NCBI GenBank assembly: GCA_038883775.1
Contig: JAVZLM010000004.1
Location: forward strand, 32,001 to 96,000
Source of the DNA: Candidatus Bathyarchaeia archaeon
Lineage (GTDB): Archaea; Thermoproteota; Bathyarchaeia; Bathyarchaeales; Bathycorpusculaceae
Reading direction: 5' to 3'
Length of the DNA: 64,000 nt
Below, one piece after another: positions 61,292-64,000 of the stretch. The notes below the pieces were generated by a model. The model was given only the letters and a program-made list of their open reading frames with translations. It had not been told where the DNA came from and did no database searches. The number at the start of each line of letters is the position of its first letter. The first letter of the stretch is position 1. The position numbers and the translations under genes are program-made.

Positions 61292-62047
61292 ATGGAAGCA
61301 GACAAATACAACATTGTTTGTTTCATGTGCAACTGGGCGTTCTGTGAAGAGGAAATGCAAATCCCATCAGACGTGAATGTTGTCCGCGTAATGTGTATTG
61401 GACGATTAGACCCAGTTCTAATTCTGGAAACCTTTGAAAAGGGCGTAGACGGCATCATGCTCGTTGGCTGCAAACCACCAGACTGCCACTACATTGACGG
61501 AAACCTTCACGCAGAACGTACCGTGAAAATGTTAAGAAAACTTCTTAAACTAACTGGCTTAGAAACAGAACGCATAAAACTCCTCTGGTATTCTCCCACG
61601 GACGAGAAAAGTTTTGGGAGTTATGCTAAAAAATTTTTGAAAGAAATTAAAGAAATTGGCTTTTCTCCACTAAGAAGAGAAGCGCCAAAATCTACACTTT
61701 TGGTTAATGTTCTAGCAGCTAAAAATGCCGCCTCAGACTTTAGGCTAAGGGTTTTGCTTGGAAGAGAAAAGGAGTTAACAGAAGGTGTGAACGTTTACGG
61801 CGAAAAATTGTCAGCAGAAGAGTTTGATGCTTTATTAGATGAAATTGTCACGGAAGAATTTGTTCGACACAAAATCCATGTTCTAACCAAAACCGAACCC
61901 CTCTCTGTGAAGGCTTTGGCTGATGTCCTTGAAATGAAAACTGCAAACGTTCTTAGGCACATTGTGAACATGCGCAGAAAAAACATGATAGCCCTAGACC
62001 ATGTGGAGGGCACAACTCCACTTTACAGGGCATTGGAGGTTAAATAA
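61292..62047 (+). CDS. mvhD: MvhD-like [2Fe-2S] protein with C-terminal winged-helix-like extension
   Basis: FMCNWA, VMCIGRLD, GCKPPDCHY; C-terminal LSVKALADVLEMKTANVLRHIVNMRRKN. Confidence 0.85.
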   Translation: MEADKYNIVCFMCNWAFCEEEMQIPSDVNVVRVMCIGRLDPVLILETFEKGVDGIMLVGCKPPDCHYIDGNLHAERTVKMLRKLLKLTGLETERIKLLWYSPTDEKSFGSYAKKFLKEIKEIGFSPLRREAPKSTLLVNVLAAKNAASDFRLRVLLGREKELTEGVNVYGEKLSAEEFDALLDEIVTEEFVRHKIHVLTKTEPLSVKALADVLEMKTANVLRHIVNMRRKNMIALDHVEGTTPLYRALEVK

Positions 62048-62048
62048 A

Positions 62049-64000
62049 ATGACAGAAGAGAAAGTAGGAGCAGTTCTCGTTGTTGGCGGAGGAGTAGCGG
62101 GAATACAGGCGTCGCTGGATTTGGCGGATTCCGGCTTTAAAGTGTATTTAATTGATGAGGGGGCAAGCATTGGCGGAGTGATGGCTCAGCTTGACAAGAC
62201 ATTTCCAACAAACGATTGTTCAATGTGTATTTTATCGCCTAAGCTTGTGGCAACTGGGAGACACCCAAACATCACAATTTTAACTAACACTGAAATATTG
62301 GGTTTGAAGGGTGAGGCTGGAAACTTCGAAGTGAAACTTCGAAAACGTAGCCGTTATATAATCGAAGAGAAATGCAACGGATGTGGTTTATGCGCACAAA
62401 AATGTCCCATCGAAGCCGTGGACATGTATAATGAGGGTTTAAGCGAAAGAAGCGCAATTTACGTTGATTATCCCCAAGCGGTTCCACTAAAATACAAGAT
62501 TGACCGTGAAAAATGCATTGGATGCGGAACATGCTACGAAATCTGCAAAGCAAAGGCTGTAGCCTACGACCAACAAGACAGCGAAGCCACCCTAAAAGTA
62601 GGCTCAATAATCCTTGCGCCGGGATTTGAACCCTTCGACGCCAAATTGAAAAGTGAATACGGTTATGGACGCTACTTAAACGTGGTTACAAGCATAGAAT
62701 TTGAACGCATCTTAAGCGCTTCTGGACCTTACGGTGGACTTGTTTTAAGACCTTCGGATGGCGAAATTCCAAAAAAGATAGCGTTTATTCAATGTGTTGG
62801 TTCCCGCGATTATAAGCTTGGAAACAATTATTGTTCTGCTGCATGTTGCATGTATGGAATGAAAGAGGCAGTAATAGCAAAAGAACACACCCCGACGAAG
62901 TTGGATGCCACAATTTTCTATATGGATTTGAGGGCTTATGGAAAAGAATTCGATGCTTACTATGATAGGGCAAAGGAAGAGTGGGGCATACGGTTTGTAA
63001 GGTCAAGAGTGGCCTCAATAACAGAAGACCCATCCACTGGAAATCTTTTCGTTCATTACGTGGAGGATGAACAGCCTAAAACAGAAGAATTTGACATGGT
63101 CGTCCTATCCATAGGCATGCAACCGCCAAAAAATGTTGAAAAAATAGCCAAAGTTTTAGGCATAGAACTTAACAAATACAAGTTTTGCGAAACAAAAACT
63201 TTTTCACCATTAGAAACATCAAAACCCGGCATATTCGTCTGCGGAGCCTTCAGTGCACCAAAGGACATCCCAGAAAGCGTTGCCCAAGCAAGCGGCGCCG
63301 CAGCAAAGGCAATGAGCATAATTGCCAGTGAAAGAGGAAAGCTTGTAGCAGTTAAGGAATATCCGCCAGAAAGAGATATTAGCCAAGAAGAACCCCGCAT
63401 AGGCGTTTTTGTCTGCCACTGTGGCATAAACATAGGCGGAGTTGTTAACGTTCCAGAAGTGGTGGAATATGCAAAAACTTTGCCAAATGTGGTTTATGCC
63501 GAAGCCAACCTATACACATGCTCACAGGATACCCAGAAGCTGATTAGAGAGAAAATCCAACAATACAAACTTAACCGCGTTGTTGTAGCCTCTTGCACAC
63601 CGCGAACGCATGAGCCACTATTTAGAGAAACTGTTCAAGAGGCTGGCTTAAACCCATACCTGTTTGAGATGGCAAACATAAGAGACCAGTGCAGCTGGGT
63701 GCACATGCACGAGCCAAAAGAGGCAACAGAAAAAGCAAAAGACCTTGTCCGCTCGGTTGTGGCAAAAGCCAAACTTCTCAAACCACTGAAAAAGCCAGAG
63801 ATAAGCGTAACACCAGTAGGCTTAATCATAGGCGGCGGCGTCGCTGGAATGACAGCAGCCTTAGAACTGGCAAAACAAGGGTTTGAGGTGCATCTTGTTG
63901 AAAGAGAAAAGGAGTTAGGTGGGCACTTACGCAAAATTTACTATTTGTTGGAAGGCGAAAACCCAAAGGAAATTTTAGATGCGCTAATTAATGATGTTAT
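62049..64000 (+). CDS. hdrA: Large permuted/double HdrA (runs off window), missing from ORF track
   Basis: ATG 62049: MTEEKVGAVLVVGGGVAG..LDKTFPTNDCSMC..CVGSRD..CSAACCMY, then an internal RIGVFVCHCGINIGG..ASCTPRTHEPLF domain and a second GGGVAG FAD motif. Confidence 0.93.
   Translation, partial: MTEEKVGAVLVVGGGVAGIQASLDLADSGFKVYLIDEGASIGGVMAQLDKTFPTNDCSMCILSPKLVATGRHPNITILTNTEILGLKGEAGNFEVKLRKRSRYIIEEKCNGCGLCAQKCPIEAVDMYNEGLSERSAIYVDYPQAVPLKYKIDREKCIGCGTCYEICKAKAVAYDQQDSEATLKVGSIILAPGFEPFDAKLKSEYGYGRYLNVVTSIEFERILSASGPYGGLVLRPSDGEIPKKIAFIQCVGSRDYKLGNNYCSAACCMYGMKEAVIAKEHTPTKLDATIFYMDLRAYGKEFDAYYDRAKEEWGIRFVRSRVASITEDPSTGNLFVHYVEDEQPKTEEFDMVVLSIGMQPPKNVEKIAKVLGIELNKYKFCETKTFSPLETSKPGIFVCGAFSAPKDIPESVAQASGAAAKAMSIIASERGKLVAVKEYPPERDISQEEPRIGVFVCHCGINIGGVVNVPEVVEYAKTLPNVVYAEANLYTCSQDTQKLIREKIQQYKLNRVVVASCTPRTHEPLFRETVQEAGLNPYLFEMANIRDQCSWVHMHEPKEATEKAKDLVRSVVAKAKLLKPLKKPEISVTPVGLIIGGGVAGMTAALELAKQGFEVHLVEREKELGGHLRKIYYLLEGENPKEILDALINDV

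Noticed and set aside
50248-62047. Selenocysteine or pyrrolysine recoding in Mvh/Hdr genes
   Set aside because: The positions that are Sec in some methanogens are Cys here (DPCFAC, GCHY/DCHY), and the ORFs are open without internal TGA or TAG.
62617-62633. 17-bp inverted match to the tRNA-Gly T-arm (GGGTTCAAATCCCGGCG) as a possible att site
   Set aside because: It lies in frame in hdrA encoding the ordinary APGFEP motif, is inverted rather than direct, and the gene is uninterrupted.
44857-64000. Evidence for methanogenesis or alkane oxidation
   Set aside because: Hdr/Mvh genes occur widely in non-methanogens, and no mcr/acr or mtr genes are in this window.

Overview
Archaeal genomic DNA, most likely Bathyarchaeia. 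This is an inference from the GGTGA ribosome-binding sites, the CARDB/dockerin-like surface proteins, the DUF996 protein and the expanded HdrA/MvhD families. The window has four blocks. (1) 1-~5.7 kb is part of a small integrated plasmid/virus-like element, cut by the left edge. It carries a Zn-ribbon tyrosine integrase, an MCM-like AAA+ ATPase with an internal iteron/origin-like palindrome, an SSB-like gene, an RHH gene and a divergent HTH gene separated by three palindromic operators exactly 25 bp apart, and an excisionase-like HTH. (2) 5.7-12.7 kb holds two large secreted proteins (a 7-repeat propeller/CARDB/dockerin protein and a caspase/gingipain-fold PKD protein) and tRNA-Gly(TCC). (3) 12.8-20.9 kb is a peptide ABC transporter operon with two amidohydrolases, directly behind the tRNA. 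(4) 21-64 kb is a ~43 kb acyl-CoA oxidation/redox supercluster: hypE and hypFCD, beta-oxidation genes, etfAB, nfnAB, trxB, a small arsM module, an HdrD-like gene, three different HdrA architectures, an ADP-forming acyl-CoA ligase-GNAT fusion, mvhGA, hdrCB, five MvhD domains in four architectures, and an RHH-GcvH fusion lacking the lipoyl lysine. Six genes missing from the ORF track were read directly from the sequence. All assignments come from motif recognition by eye; no database searches were run.
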